This document shows, one piece after another, positions 10,417 to 20,475 of a stretch of 64,000 nucleotides of DNA. The stretch comes from a virus (lineage: Duplodnaviria; Caudoviricetes). Location of the stretch: positions 96,001 through 160,000 of the IMG/VR virus record IMGVR_UViG_3300007083_000004; one strand, 5' to 3'. Within the stretch, counting starts at the first letter, position 1; each line of letters opens with the position of its first letter. The notes under the pieces are model-generated. The model saw nothing but the letters and a program-made list of their open reading frames with translations. It made no database searches and was not told where the DNA came from. Position numbers and translations under genes: made by a program.

Positions 10417-12123
10417 ATGGCTGACCCACAAATACCCACTACCCCACTGCCATGGGGTACGGATGGTGCTGTACCTGTAAAAGATTGGGATACCAATTCT
10501 TTATGGAGAGCATGGTCCATGAAACAAATTTATTTAGGTAATATAGGAACCGGTAAGTTTATACCTAAAATAGATGATTACGTAGTCGATACCGATACCA
10601 ATATAACCTATAAAGTAGTACATTTAAATGATTTCTGGATACCTACATTAGAAAGAGTTACTCCACTACAAACATTTGATAGTGATGCTGAAGATATCTT
10701 TATAGGTAGTGGGGATACTACATATCGTTGTTATATCGATAAATCTGTAGTACCACACAGAATGCAGGTAGATGCCAGATGTTATGTTAATTCTACTGCA
10801 TCAGCTACCGCCAGAGTCTATCGAGGTAATCCCTTTAATGGTACTGAAGAAATAATTTCTTTAGTAATGGATAATTCTGGTTTGGTAATAGATACACAAA
10901 TTCCACTAGTATTATCTTATATTCCTAATGGACAAAATGTATCCCAGTGGTATGTACCCACTGCATATACAAACCACGATATCCAAAATGGCGAAATGCT
11001 TTACATCGTCTTTTATGATAGTACTGGTGCAATACTATCATCCAGACGCTTATTGGCATCCATAACAGCCTTTACTGTAGGAACTGACGTCGGTATAGCG
11101 GCAGTTATCGGGATAGCCTTAGAAGGTCCTCTAATGAGTACTATGGTACCAAATAGATTAGAGGTGCCATTAAACCTGACATTAAATTCGATTAATTTAG
11201 AAGGTGTAGTCCATTATAATTCAGGATTACCTAAACGGTATCCTGTAAATGGAATCAGATTTGATTTAATGGGTATGAACGCATTTGTTCCTACTCAAGC
11301 AGGTCAGCATTTTCCTATGGTATTAAAGTATAATTTATTACAAAATGAAGTATCTTATACCGGCGGCATAATTGGTACAGATAGATTCATTACAGAAATA
11401 ATTGATGTTCAAGTTGTTGATGTAGAAAATCAATTAACTGTTAAATTATACGTTTATCCCAGATGGATTGATAATATTAATGGTTATACTCTAACATTTT
11501 TCCTGATGAACTTAGATAGAAACGTTTTATATGACGTTACTACATTGGTGCAATTAGGAAACAATTCTCCTGCATTTAATCCATTTCAATATGGTACTAA
11601 ACAACAATTGATTTACAGGATAAATTTAAACCACGTCAATTCGTCGTGGAGATCGTTTATTCATGTACAAACGATTGGCATAACGTTATTAGCTCCAGGA
11701 TCTCAACTAGGCCAACAAACTCTATTTAGGGTAAACTTCGATCCTCTACAGAATCCTGAATTCGGTCAAGACATTATGGTAAAATCCAAATTCATAAATC
11801 AAAACATTTCTGAAGTTTTAGTACAATCAGGATTTGGCTCTAAAGAACAGTTTTTAGAACATTTCTATGATAATACAAAACCATTATTAGATCCTAATCT
11901 AGAATCTCACGCTCCAGAACCTACTCACATGGTTTTTATGAACCAAATGGGTAATTGGTCCGTTAGATTAAAGATTTCCGATTATTGGAATAAGAAATTT
12001 ACTACAAATTTCCCTGTAAATCATGGCGAACAATGGTTCTTGAAATTTGTTAAAGAAACAGGACAGCAAGACCTGGATTTATCTATAGCCGGTTTTATCG
12101 TTGAAGGTGTAAATAGTTGGTAA
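10417..12123 (+). CDS. Virion structural protein (phiKZ gp26-like)
   Basis: 568 aa, beta-rich, GAGG SD, synteny. Confidence 0.55.
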   Translation: MADPQIPTTPLPWGTDGAVPVKDWDTNSLWRAWSMKQIYLGNIGTGKFIPKIDDYVVDTDTNITYKVVHLNDFWIPTLERVTPLQTFDSDAEDIFIGSGDTTYRCYIDKSVVPHRMQVDARCYVNSTASATARVYRGNPFNGTEEIISLVMDNSGLVIDTQIPLVLSYIPNGQNVSQWYVPTAYTNHDIQNGEMLYIVFYDSTGAILSSRRLLASITAFTVGTDVGIAAVIGIALEGPLMSTMVPNRLEVPLNLTLNSINLEGVVHYNSGLPKRYPVNGIRFDLMGMNAFVPTQAGQHFPMVLKYNLLQNEVSYTGGIIGTDRFITEIIDVQVVDVENQLTVKLYVYPRWIDNINGYTLTFFLMNLDRNVLYDVTTLVQLGNNSPAFNPFQYGTKQQLIYRINLNHVNSSWRSFIHVQTIGITLLAPGSQLGQQTLFRVNFDPLQNPEFGQDIMVKSKFINQNISEVLVQSGFGSKEQFLEHFYDNTKPLLDPNLESHAPEPTHMVFMNQMGNWSVRLKISDYWNKKFTTNFPVNHGEQWFLKFVKETGQQDLDLSIAGFIVEGVNSW

Positions 12124-12143
12124 ATTAATAAATAAGAGAACAT

Positions 12144-12183
12144 ATATACCCTACAGGAGCATGAATGCTCCTGTAGGGTATAT
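12144..12183. terminator. Inverted repeat between convergent genes
   Basis: ATATACCCTACAGGAGCAT-GA-ATGCTCCTGTAGGGTATAT. Confidence 0.75.
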
Positions 12184-12199
12184 TATACTTTAGTTCATA

Positions 12200-12478
12200 T
12201 TAAGCTATAACTAAAACTTGGTCTCCAATACGATCTATATTTGAAAAACCAATATAATCCAACGAAGTCATAAACCAGTTAAATATTTCCTCTTTTACTT
12301 CTCTACCCAGAAGACGTAGATCTAATTCAAAAGTATTTAAATTAAATTCATTGCAATAAATATTGGCAATGTCGTCTGGATTGAATAATAAAGCTGGTTC
12401 ATTGGAATTGTTTACAGATATATCTGACAAATAATCAAAAACAGTCATTGATGGTAATAATTGATATATAAAGAACAT
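12200..12478 (-). CDS. Small hypothetical protein
   Basis: 92-aa ORF, start uncertain; shares an NWF-containing motif with 12535..12714. Confidence 0.5.
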   Translation of the reverse strand: MFFIYQLLPSMTVFDYLSDISVNNSNEPALLFNPDDIANIYCNEFNLNTFELDLRLLGREVKEEIFNWFMTSLDYIGFSNIDRIGDQVLVIA

Positions 12479-12534
12479 AAGAATAATGTCAGTAGAACTA
12501 CTGACATTATATATAAATTCAATATATTTTTTTA

Positions 12535-12714
12535 TTAATTAAAAATTAAATTATGACCACCACTTACTTTTTCTAATTGATCATATTCATAAACTTTTAT
12601 AGATTCATAAAACCAATTCAAAACTTTTGAATCAACAGAATCTTTATTATCTCCATTATCGGAATTATACGTTTGTAATAGTTCGTCATCACTTACGAAT
12701 ATTGTTTTACTCAT
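12535..12714 (-). CDS. 59-aa hypothetical protein (below ORF-track cutoff)
   Basis: MSKTIFVSDDELLQTYNSDNGDNKDSVDSKVLNWFYESIKVYEYDQLEKVSGGHNLIFN*, AAGGA SD upstream. Confidence 0.6.
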   Translation of the reverse strand: MSKTIFVSDDELLQTYNSDNGDNKDSVDSKVLNWFYESIKVYEYDQLEKVSGGHNLIFN

Positions 12715-12888
12715 TTTATAAAATTTCCTTTGAGTTAAATAACATCGATAATTTTAGTAGAATTTATTCCCTACTACATTATTAAAGATTACTTTAAAAT
12801 AACTTAATAAATATATTATTAATTTGATAGTCAAATCAATATACTATCGTTTTTCATTTTTGTCGTTATTTCAAAAGGAGCTTTTGTC

Positions 12889-13338
12889 ATGTCTAACATC
12901 ATTAATGTATATTTCGCAGTAAACGATTCGAGCATCAATTACAATGGTAAACCTAATTTAGAAGCTGATGCCGATAAAATATACGACCTGAGGCGATTAA
13001 TTAATCAATTAAACGAACTGCTGGTAAAAAGTTCTAACATAATCAAAACACCAAATATATTTGCATTAACTATAGTGAATGACGATAAAGGTGAACCTAA
13101 ATGGATTTATCTTTATTATTTAAACAATAAACTAGAAATAAAGTGTAAATCTTTAACAAATTCATTCTGGACAGAATCCTTATACTATACTGGTAAAGGT
13201 TATGAAAATAACCCCGTTATTTCAAATCGTTTTGTTATTGAAAGGGATGCGGAAAAAAACACAATTCTGGTTTCTCAAATTGTTGAATTCACTAAAGGCG
13301 ATCCAGCGGCAATCGAGTATCGTTTTATAATGGACTGA
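12889..13338 (+). CDS. Hypothetical protein
   Basis: 149 aa, AAGGAG SD, TATATTAT early-promoter-like motif near 12812. Confidence 0.65.
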   Translation: MSNIINVYFAVNDSSINYNGKPNLEADADKIYDLRRLINQLNELLVKSSNIIKTPNIFALTIVNDDKGEPKWIYLYYLNNKLEIKCKSLTNSFWTESLYYTGKGYENNPVISNRFVIERDAEKNTILVSQIVEFTKGDPAAIEYRFIMD

Positions 13339-13342
13339 TTAA

Positions 13343-13380
13343 TTTATACCTAGAGACCAACATTGGTCTCTAGGTATAAA
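13343..13380. terminator. Inverted repeat between convergent genes
   Basis: TTTATACCTAGAGACCAA-CA-TTGGTCTCTAGGTATAAA. Confidence 0.75.
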
Positions 13381-13381
13381 A

Positions 13382-13720
13382 TCATTTATATTTAAACTGA
13401 ATCATCAATCTATAATTTTTTGTCCATTTACTCTTTAATACGACTATGTTAGAATATTTTTCTTTTATTATTTTAACGTTTTCTTTTGTGTTATCAACTA
13501 ATTCATTCAGCATTAATCTATGTTCTTTTTCATAAGCAAATGTATTTACATCTATATCGAAATTATTTATACTCTCTAAAGAATATTTCAATGAATTTTT
13601 TATTTCATCCAATAAAACGGAGTTATATTTATTCTTTAATTCAATAACCGGTTTATTATTGGTAAAGAATAAAACATTTACCAATCTAAATGGTTTTATT
13701 TCACTGACTATCTTCATCAT
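13382..13720 (-). CDS. Hypothetical protein
   Basis: 112-aa ORF ending at the terminator. Confidence 0.55.
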   Translation of the reverse strand: MMKIVSEIKPFRLVNVLFFTNNKPVIELKNKYNSVLLDEIKNSLKYSLESINNFDIDVNTFAYEKEHRLMLNELVDNTKENVKIIKEKYSNIVVLKSKWTKNYRLMIQFKYK

Positions 13721-13813
13721 TTAAAACCTTGATGTTTATGTAATGATCAAATTTTGACATATTATTTAATTTAAATTATTTAGATTAGATAAATAAAAAG
13801 GATTTATAAAAAC

Positions 13814-15934
13814 ATGATTTTATTTAAAGAAGATTGGCATAAATATCCTAAAGCTATACCGAATATAGATACTAAAAACGAATCATTCGTTGATATCTGT
13901 TACATACTAAGGGGTTTGGGTGTTAACAATCATTTATTTCCATTAAGTCTACATAACCCAGATATAAAAGATATTGATCCTCATGGTGAAAATTTAAGTA
14001 TAGAAGAAAAAGGATTGATAACCAAAGAGTGTTTCGAGAATCCCTGGTATTATTTTCGTGAAGTAGCTAGAATACCAGTTCAGGGTGCAATGAAACCAAT
14101 CAAGGTAAAAGCCAATAGAGGAAATATTGCTTTATGGTGGTGTTACTTTAATCACATTACTACATTCTTGGTTCAACCCCGTCAAACAGGTAAATCTGTC
14201 ACCATGGCTAACCTGGATAGGTATCTATTGAATTTTGGGTTAGTACACAGTTCAATTCACTTATTGACTAAAGAAGATCAATTAAGAAGAAACGATGTAG
14301 AAAGATTAAAGGAATATGAAGAGATATTGCCTGAATATCTAAGAAGAACTGTAAAGAAGAAAGATCCTAACAATCAGGAATATATTTATTTATCCGCTGT
14401 AGAAAACAAATATGAGACTCATGTACCCAGGATGGATGAAAAAGGGGCATATAAGGTCGGTAGGGGCTTTACGAGTGCTAACATCAGGATAGATGAGTTC
14501 GCATACATTTCTTGGTTAAAAGCAACTCTAACAACCATTATCAGCGCAACGAATGCAGCATTCGAATCAGCTAAAGAAAACAAAGCTCATCATGGAATTA
14601 TACTGGCTACTACGGCAGGTAAAAAAGATGATAGAGATGGTAAATATGCTTATCAGATATTATCATCATCGTTTCCCTTTACTGAAAAGATTTACGATAG
14701 TCAAGATGAGAATGAATTGAGAAAAACCATAATGGCTAATAGCACAAATGGTTATGCCGTTAATTGTACCTTCAATCATCGAATGTTGGGAGTATCTGAT
14801 CAACAACATTATGATAATATTAAAAAAGCCATGATCAGTGGGGAAGAAGCTGATCGTGATTATTTCAATATCTGGACCAGTGGTTCAGTAGGATCTCCAC
14901 TAACGGCTGAACAATTAGACTTCATTCGAGACCATCAAACTGAAAAGTATGTAAACGATATAGATTCCAAAATGAGATATATGACCAAATGGTACGTATC
15001 GTTGGAATCCAGGGACAGACTTATGGAAGCTGGTAATGTGGTAGTAGGAATTGATACCTCAGAAGCCATGGGTAAGGATGAGATAGCCATGCAATACGTG
15101 GATTTAAATACACTACAGGTATTAGGAACATGTTATTGTAATTTGACCAATATCATCGAATATTCTTTATGGTTATTTGATCAAATGCAAAAATGGCCTA
15201 AACTGACCGCTATTATTGAAAGGAGGTCAACTGGTGCTGCCGTAATTGATCAGTTATTATTATCATTTAAGATAGCTGGTCAAAATGCATTTAAAAGAAT
15301 CTATAACAAGATAGCTCAAGATCCCGATAGATTTAAAGAAGAACTAATGGAAATCAGGAGAGCCGATAAATATCAATTAGCCGATATGTATGTTAGATAT
15401 AAATCAGCTTTTGGATATTCTACCTCTGCTAAAGGCGATTCATCCAGATCGATTCTATATGGTCAAGTATTACAAAATGCCGTCAGACACTCCATGGATA
15501 GGATTAATGATATCAAAACCATCAATCAAATCATGTCTTTGACTGTAATCAATGGTAGGGTAGATCATCCTAGGGGCTCCAATGATGATGGTGTAATTGC
15601 ATGGTTATTGACTATTTGGTTTGCCATGTTTGGTAATAATCTATCGTGGTATGGAATAGATCCTACACAAATTATGTCAAATACCATGGTAAAAAAAGAT
15701 GATTCTCAAATGACTGCTGAAGAAAGATATCAATCTAAACTCAAGGATACTATTGTAGATTTAGTAGACGAATTAACGACTACTAAAGACCATTATCTCA
15801 GATTAAAATTAGAGAGTCAAATAAACAATTTAGCTAAAGAAATTAAACAATCCGATGATGAAACATTTAATGTAACGGAATTGATAAAGAAAACTATAGA
15901 ACAAAAGAAAATGAAAAGGAATTTTAATAATTAG
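13814..15934 (+). CDS. terL: Terminase large subunit (phiKZ gp25-like)
   Basis: Walker A PRQTGKS, Walker B IRIDE, nuclease motifs VVGIDTS and NDDGVIAW. Confidence 0.9.
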   Translation: MILFKEDWHKYPKAIPNIDTKNESFVDICYILRGLGVNNHLFPLSLHNPDIKDIDPHGENLSIEEKGLITKECFENPWYYFREVARIPVQGAMKPIKVKANRGNIALWWCYFNHITTFLVQPRQTGKSVTMANLDRYLLNFGLVHSSIHLLTKEDQLRRNDVERLKEYEEILPEYLRRTVKKKDPNNQEYIYLSAVENKYETHVPRMDEKGAYKVGRGFTSANIRIDEFAYISWLKATLTTIISATNAAFESAKENKAHHGIILATTAGKKDDRDGKYAYQILSSSFPFTEKIYDSQDENELRKTIMANSTNGYAVNCTFNHRMLGVSDQQHYDNIKKAMISGEEADRDYFNIWTSGSVGSPLTAEQLDFIRDHQTEKYVNDIDSKMRYMTKWYVSLESRDRLMEAGNVVVGIDTSEAMGKDEIAMQYVDLNTLQVLGTCYCNLTNIIEYSLWLFDQMQKWPKLTAIIERRSTGAAVIDQLLLSFKIAGQNAFKRIYNKIAQDPDRFKEELMEIRRADKYQLADMYVRYKSAFGYSTSAKGDSSRSILYGQVLQNAVRHSMDRINDIKTINQIMSLTVINGRVDHPRGSNDDGVIAWLLTIWFAMFGNNLSWYGIDPTQIMSNTMVKKDDSQMTAEERYQSKLKDTIVDLVDELTTTKDHYLRLKLESQINNLAKEIKQSDDETFNVTELIKKTIEQKKMKRNFNN

Positions 15935-15987
15935 TTGATGTATAAGAAATACGATAATTTTTTCATCTATAATTAATGCGTAATATG

Positions 15988-16023
15988 TAGAGAGTGATGG
16001 GTCTTTTGACCCATCACTCTCTA
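15988..16023 (+). terminator. Terminator after terL
   Basis: TAGAGAGTGATGGGTC-TTTT-GACCCATCACTCTCTA followed by a T-rich run. Confidence 0.75.
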
Positions 16024-16029
16024 TTATTT

Positions 16030-17070
16030 TTTATAATCTATAATAAAATTATTTTCTTTTATATTTATTTTTTATAAGAAATCAACAATACACGATATAT
16101 ATTATATTGTCACCGTAATATTTTTTTAAATGATTCCCTATAGTGTGCCTACTCTTTTTCCTCCTGGGGGGAAAGGAGAAAGGGGGGTAGGGGGGTATGA
16201 GGATAGGGGGGGTAAAAAATAAAACTATACTATTATTATTATTATTATTTATAATAATAATAATAATAATAGAAAATAATAACTATATATACGCGCGCGC
16301 GTACATGCGTACGCGCGTACGCGAGATGTGAATTATATAAAAAAATATTAATTTTATAAAAACTAAAAAAAATTAAATTAAAAAAGAAAGTTAGTTAATT
16401 AAATTTCTTCATTCAGAAATTTAATTAAAATGAAAATTCATTTTCCATAAAGAAAAATGAATTTAAAAAACGATGACCCATCCGAGGGTCATCTACAGAC
16501 TGAATAAGAAAAGCATAAACCTAACGGTTTATTAGAAAAAATATCACTATCGTGATATTTTTGAAGTTAGATACAAAAAACTTCATTAATTTAATTTTTG
16601 AAATTAAGTAGTTTAATATAAATCATAAATATCATTTAAATTGATTTTAAGGTATCTAGAAGACCTTAAAATCAAAAAGATATAACTTACCATACCTTTA
16701 ATAAAATACAGGCTTAAAACGCCTGTATTTTAATCCATGAAATTATTCAATAAATTTAAAGAATGAAATAATTTCAACAAATGAAATAGACTTTTCATTT
16801 GACAATGAAAAGAGCTTACGCAATTGAAAAATAAGACCTAATTAATGACCCCCCGGATAACTCCGCTGTTCCAGCTACGTTATCCGACCCCCACGAGCAG
16901 GACGGTATCATCCATAGCCACAATACCTCTGAGAGGCTCAAGATGACCCCTGGAAGCCGATAAAGCCGGGGGGTATGGGGTAAGTATACCCTCGTGTATA
17001 AAACGTCTTAAAAGGGCTAAATTAAAAAATAGATTGAAATCTGATAAATTGAAGTTTTTTTAATTACTTA
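16030..17070. other. About 1-kb non-coding region, candidate replication origin or packaging region
   Basis: No ORF of 60 aa or more; G-runs 16166-16212, (TTA)n/(TAA)n inverted repeat 16231-16271, alternating YR tract 16284-16323, many short hairpins, GC-rich block 16847-16994. Confidence 0.45.
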
Positions 17071-17092
17071 ATCCAAAAAGGAAATTGAAATA

Positions 17093-17734
17093 ATGTCAAC
17101 TATCAATTTAATCGATGGTGTTGTTTATACCGATGGATATATTGTTAAATATACCGGTAGACCATATAAAATCGATGGAGCTACAATCCGATTTCTTACC
17201 TATAGAGGAAACGTCAATAGCTTTGAAAGATTTATTAATCACATGGATGATTTAGTTGACATCAGGTATTTTGATACTGGCGATGAAATTATTAATATGA
17301 CCAATGACATCGTAGTCATGTTAAAACATTTGCAATATGAAGATCTCGATATTGTATTTGGTGGTTATAACGAAGAGAAGAAAGAATTTCAGCACAAACA
17401 TGTAGATTTTAATATTGGAAAGATTTATAACCTGCATTCCGATATAGTAATAGGCGATGATTTGCCGTTGGTTCCTTTTGTATTGAATTTGGTATCGGAA
17501 CAAAAACTGAAAAAGGATATGTTGGGGCTATTTTGTTTATTTAATAGCGAAGATGAATGTTTGATTGATTATTTTGATGAAAATACGGATAGTATTGTTA
17601 GGTTATATTCGGGATTTATGGATTATATAACTAAAGAACAATATGGTTATGTAGAAAAATGTTCTTATGGTTTAAACAAACGAATCCAGGCGTTGAAAAT
17701 GGGAGAGGTAGAAAAAGGTCAAGAAGATAAATAG
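17093..17734 (+). CDS. Hypothetical protein
   Basis: 213 aa, AAAAGGA SD. Confidence 0.65.
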   Translation: MSTINLIDGVVYTDGYIVKYTGRPYKIDGATIRFLTYRGNVNSFERFINHMDDLVDIRYFDTGDEIINMTNDIVVMLKHLQYEDLDIVFGGYNEEKKEFQHKHVDFNIGKIYNLHSDIVIGDDLPLVPFVLNLVSEQKLKKDMLGLFCLFNSEDECLIDYFDENTDSIVRLYSGFMDYITKEQYGYVEKCSYGLNKRIQALKMGEVEKGQEDK

Positions 17735-17736
17735 TT

Positions 17737-17784
17737 AAATGGAGATACAGGATGGTGGATATCCACCATCCTGTATCTCCATTT
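17737..17784. terminator. Perfect 48-bp palindrome
   Basis: AAATGGAGATACAGGATGGTGGAT|ATCCACCATCCTGTATCTCCATTT. Confidence 0.75.
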
Positions 17785-17799
17785 TGTTTATTTTTGTAA

Positions 17800-18152
17800 T
17801 TCTGCATGTTTATCGTAAAAAGTATGATTTTATAAAACCTACTGTAAGGGACTTCCGGCACTTTTTCTTATAATTACTGCATGTTTATCTAAGATTTTTA
17901 TTTTTATTGATTTTTAAGTTTTAATTTATTTTAATTTATTTTTAAAATACTGCAAATTCATTGTAAATTGATAAAAAACCTAAACTGGTACCCCCGGAGC
18001 ATCAGGCACTTTTTAGACCGTTTTACGCTAAAATGATCCATTTTTTATTTTTAGTAATAAATTTAAAAATGATAAATTTTAAAAGCTACGATGTTTATAC
18101 GAGTTTAGTGATTATGGTAAAACCTGCCGTAAGGAGGATCCTGAACTTTTTT
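17800..18152 (+). repeat. Three degenerate direct repeats at about 140-bp spacing
   Basis: Consensus TGAT..AAAACCT..C.GTA......TC.G..ACTTTTT ending near 17866, 18014 and 18152, each preceded by a CTGCATGTTTATC-like motif. Confidence 0.55.
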
Positions 18153-18277
18153 GATCAAATCCTCGATGGTTTTGCATATCAAATAAAATATCATTTAAAA
18201 TGTTTTTACTGATATATTATATTTTTGAATACTAAATTCATGTATTCTAATTATCTTATTTTTCAGGAGATTTTAAA

Positions 18278-18460
18278 ATGAGTATTCTGTCCATGATCGT
18301 TGGTACCTTGGGTTGGGTTGGTGTTGTTTGGTATGCAATTAAAGGGTTTAAGGTAAATAATAAAAATGGATTTAAGAACTTGGGAATTGGCGTTGCTATA
18401 ATGTTGATAGTCAGTTTGATTATTGGTATAATTGCTGCTGCTATTGGTGTAGAGTTGTAG
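18278..18460 (+). CDS. Small two-TM membrane protein
   Basis: 60 aa, two hydrophobic segments, AGGAG SD, TATATTAT motif near 18213, terminator 18467-18502. Confidence 0.7.
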   Translation: MSILSMIVGTLGWVGVVWYAIKGFKVNNKNGFKNLGIGVAIMLIVSLIIGIIAAAIGVEL

Positions 18461-18885
18461 TGATTGTTCAATACCCTATGGATAAAATCATAGGGTATTG
18501 AATTTTTTTTGTTTATTTAAATAAAATAAAAAATTAATGGATATATATAGTTTGATAGGAACCTCTGAAAAGGGGGGACTATAGGGGGGTTTCTGTGAAA
18601 AATTAATTAATTAATATAAGAGAAATATATATAAATAGAATAAATAAAGAGATTAGAGAAAATCTTATATTAATTAATTACTAACTATCAGTTACCATTA
18701 CCATCCGTAGGATCAGGTAATGGCGGTAGAGATGATAAGTATGCGAAGTCATGAGTGGTAACGAATGCGAGCACTCATCCGAGGATACGGAGGATGAGGC
18801 ATGAGAAGTAAAGATGTTGATAATGATATAGAATTGTAAATAAAGATTTGATGTTTAATTAATTAACTGGTTAAGGAATGGTAAA

Positions 18886-19293
18886 ATGAAGAATGATGAT
18901 CATATTGAAAGTAACGATGAAGTGGTTTACCATGAACAAATAAATATGGATCCATTTATGAACGAAATGAGTATGACGGATATACCTGAAATAAAGGGAT
19001 ATGCTGAAAAAGAATCAATGAGTGTTTTTAAGTTATGTACAGATAAAGAATTACCTGTATGGATCAGTAATAGAAACGATGTGAAGATTAGAACCAGTGG
19101 TGAATCCATATTGTTGTTGATAGACAATGGGAGTAGTTTATTAGGATATGAAACAGGTATTATGTTGTATCTGAATGATGATGATAAGATTGAAGTGGTG
19201 AATGAAAAAATGTTAAATAGAGATTTTGACTATGTAGAAACAAATGAAAATGGTGATTTATACTTAAGAAAAGATTTGAATGAAGTGAAATAA
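18886..19293 (+). CDS. Hypothetical protein
   Basis: 135 aa, AAGGA SD. Confidence 0.6.
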   Translation: MKNDDHIESNDEVVYHEQINMDPFMNEMSMTDIPEIKGYAEKESMSVFKLCTDKELPVWISNRNDVKIRTSGESILLLIDNGSSLLGYETGIMLYLNDDDKIEVVNEKMLNRDFDYVETNENGDLYLRKDLNEVK

Positions 19294-19294
19294 A

Positions 19295-19747
19295 TTATCT
19301 ATATAAAAATGAATTGATTTTATTTTTGAATTTAAACCATGTATCCCATATCCATACTCCGGATACTAATAAATATCTGGTGGTGGTAGGGATGGATAAC
19401 TCTGTTAGGGCTTGATATAAAATCAATCTAGCTTCATTCCTATCGATCGTCCTATAGTGATTATCGTTATTGTTACATGTAAATATTTTACCATATTCGA
19501 TTAAATAGTCATGCAATATGGCAGCTTTACCATATGTACCCCATGGAGGCATTATAGACCAGAATACAGGCGGTATGGTAGCACCATCGGTGATGTACCC
19601 TACTGGTACTATAACTACCTCATTTGTCGTGTGATGGGGTTTAAACGAGAATGAATCCAATAACATGAATAGAGCTGCATTTCTTCTTTTGGATGGACCC
19701 ATGTATTGAATGGCAAAGCTGGAATTAAAGTTTTTAAATTGAGACAT
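19295..19747 (-). CDS. DUF1353 family protein
   Basis: Signature VPVGYITDGATIP...W...PPWGTYGKAAILHDYL. Confidence 0.8.
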   Translation of the reverse strand: MSQFKNFNSSFAIQYMGPSKRRNAALFMLLDSFSFKPHHTTNEVVIVPVGYITDGATIPPVFWSIMPPWGTYGKAAILHDYLIEYGKIFTCNNNDNHYRTIDRNEARLILYQALTELSIPTTTRYLLVSGVWIWDTWFKFKNKINSFLYR

Positions 19748-19830
19748 GAATATTTCCTATAATTATTAAATGACATGTTTATCACAATGAATCGTTTGAA
19801 TAATAATTTTATTTTAAAAAAGGTTTTGTT

Positions 19831-20454
19831 ATGACTTTAGTTGGTATACTAACAGAAATAGAGAAAAATGGTAAAGAGGAAATATCGAAGTTAGATGGCA
19901 ATAGACCCCTTATTGTAGATGGTTCCATATCAGAAATACTGACTAGAGCTTTAAACATAGCCTATGCCAAGAAAAACAAAATGAGTGATAATCCTGAATA
20001 TGGATTAAGAAATGATGACGTTAAAAACCCTCCTGGAGCTTTTGGTTCTGATAATGAAATTGATATAGAAAATCAATATGCAATAAAACCCGATATGGAG
20101 GGATTTCAGGAAAAAGAAGCTCAGATAAGATTAGCTGCGGCAAAATTAAGTAATGCAATAGATGCCAGGAATAACGATGGTTTAATAAATACTAGAGCTA
20201 AGCCTATATTGATTTATGCAGTACCAGAGAACCTGATGGTTGATGATAGAACCAAGGAAGAATTGGATGCTTATTTAGCTGCTGGTGTAAAACCTAAAGA
20301 TTTTGTATTTACCTATATTGAAGATGTTGATGTAAATATGAATTTAAATAAAAGGTCGGTGGATATTAGTGATCATGTAGTGGAAATGGAGAAAAATGGT
20401 GCTAGGGTATATCATTCTTTAAGAGAATTTTTAGATAGGATTTCTGATCAATAG
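19831..20454 (+). CDS. Hypothetical protein, possibly a virion protein
   Basis: 207 aa; DGSISEILTRALNIAYAK motif reminiscent of phiKZ-like virion proteins. Confidence 0.5.
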   Translation: MTLVGILTEIEKNGKEEISKLDGNRPLIVDGSISEILTRALNIAYAKKNKMSDNPEYGLRNDDVKNPPGAFGSDNEIDIENQYAIKPDMEGFQEKEAQIRLAAAKLSNAIDARNNDGLINTRAKPILIYAVPENLMVDDRTKEELDAYLAAGVKPKDFVFTYIEDVDVNMNLNKRSVDISDHVVEMEKNGARVYHSLREFLDRISDQ

Positions 20455-20475
20455 GTAAAATGATTTGTATGAAAT

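Noticed and set aside
17800-18152. CRISPR array
   Set aside because: Repeats are degenerate, spacing is about 140 bp and no cas genes are present
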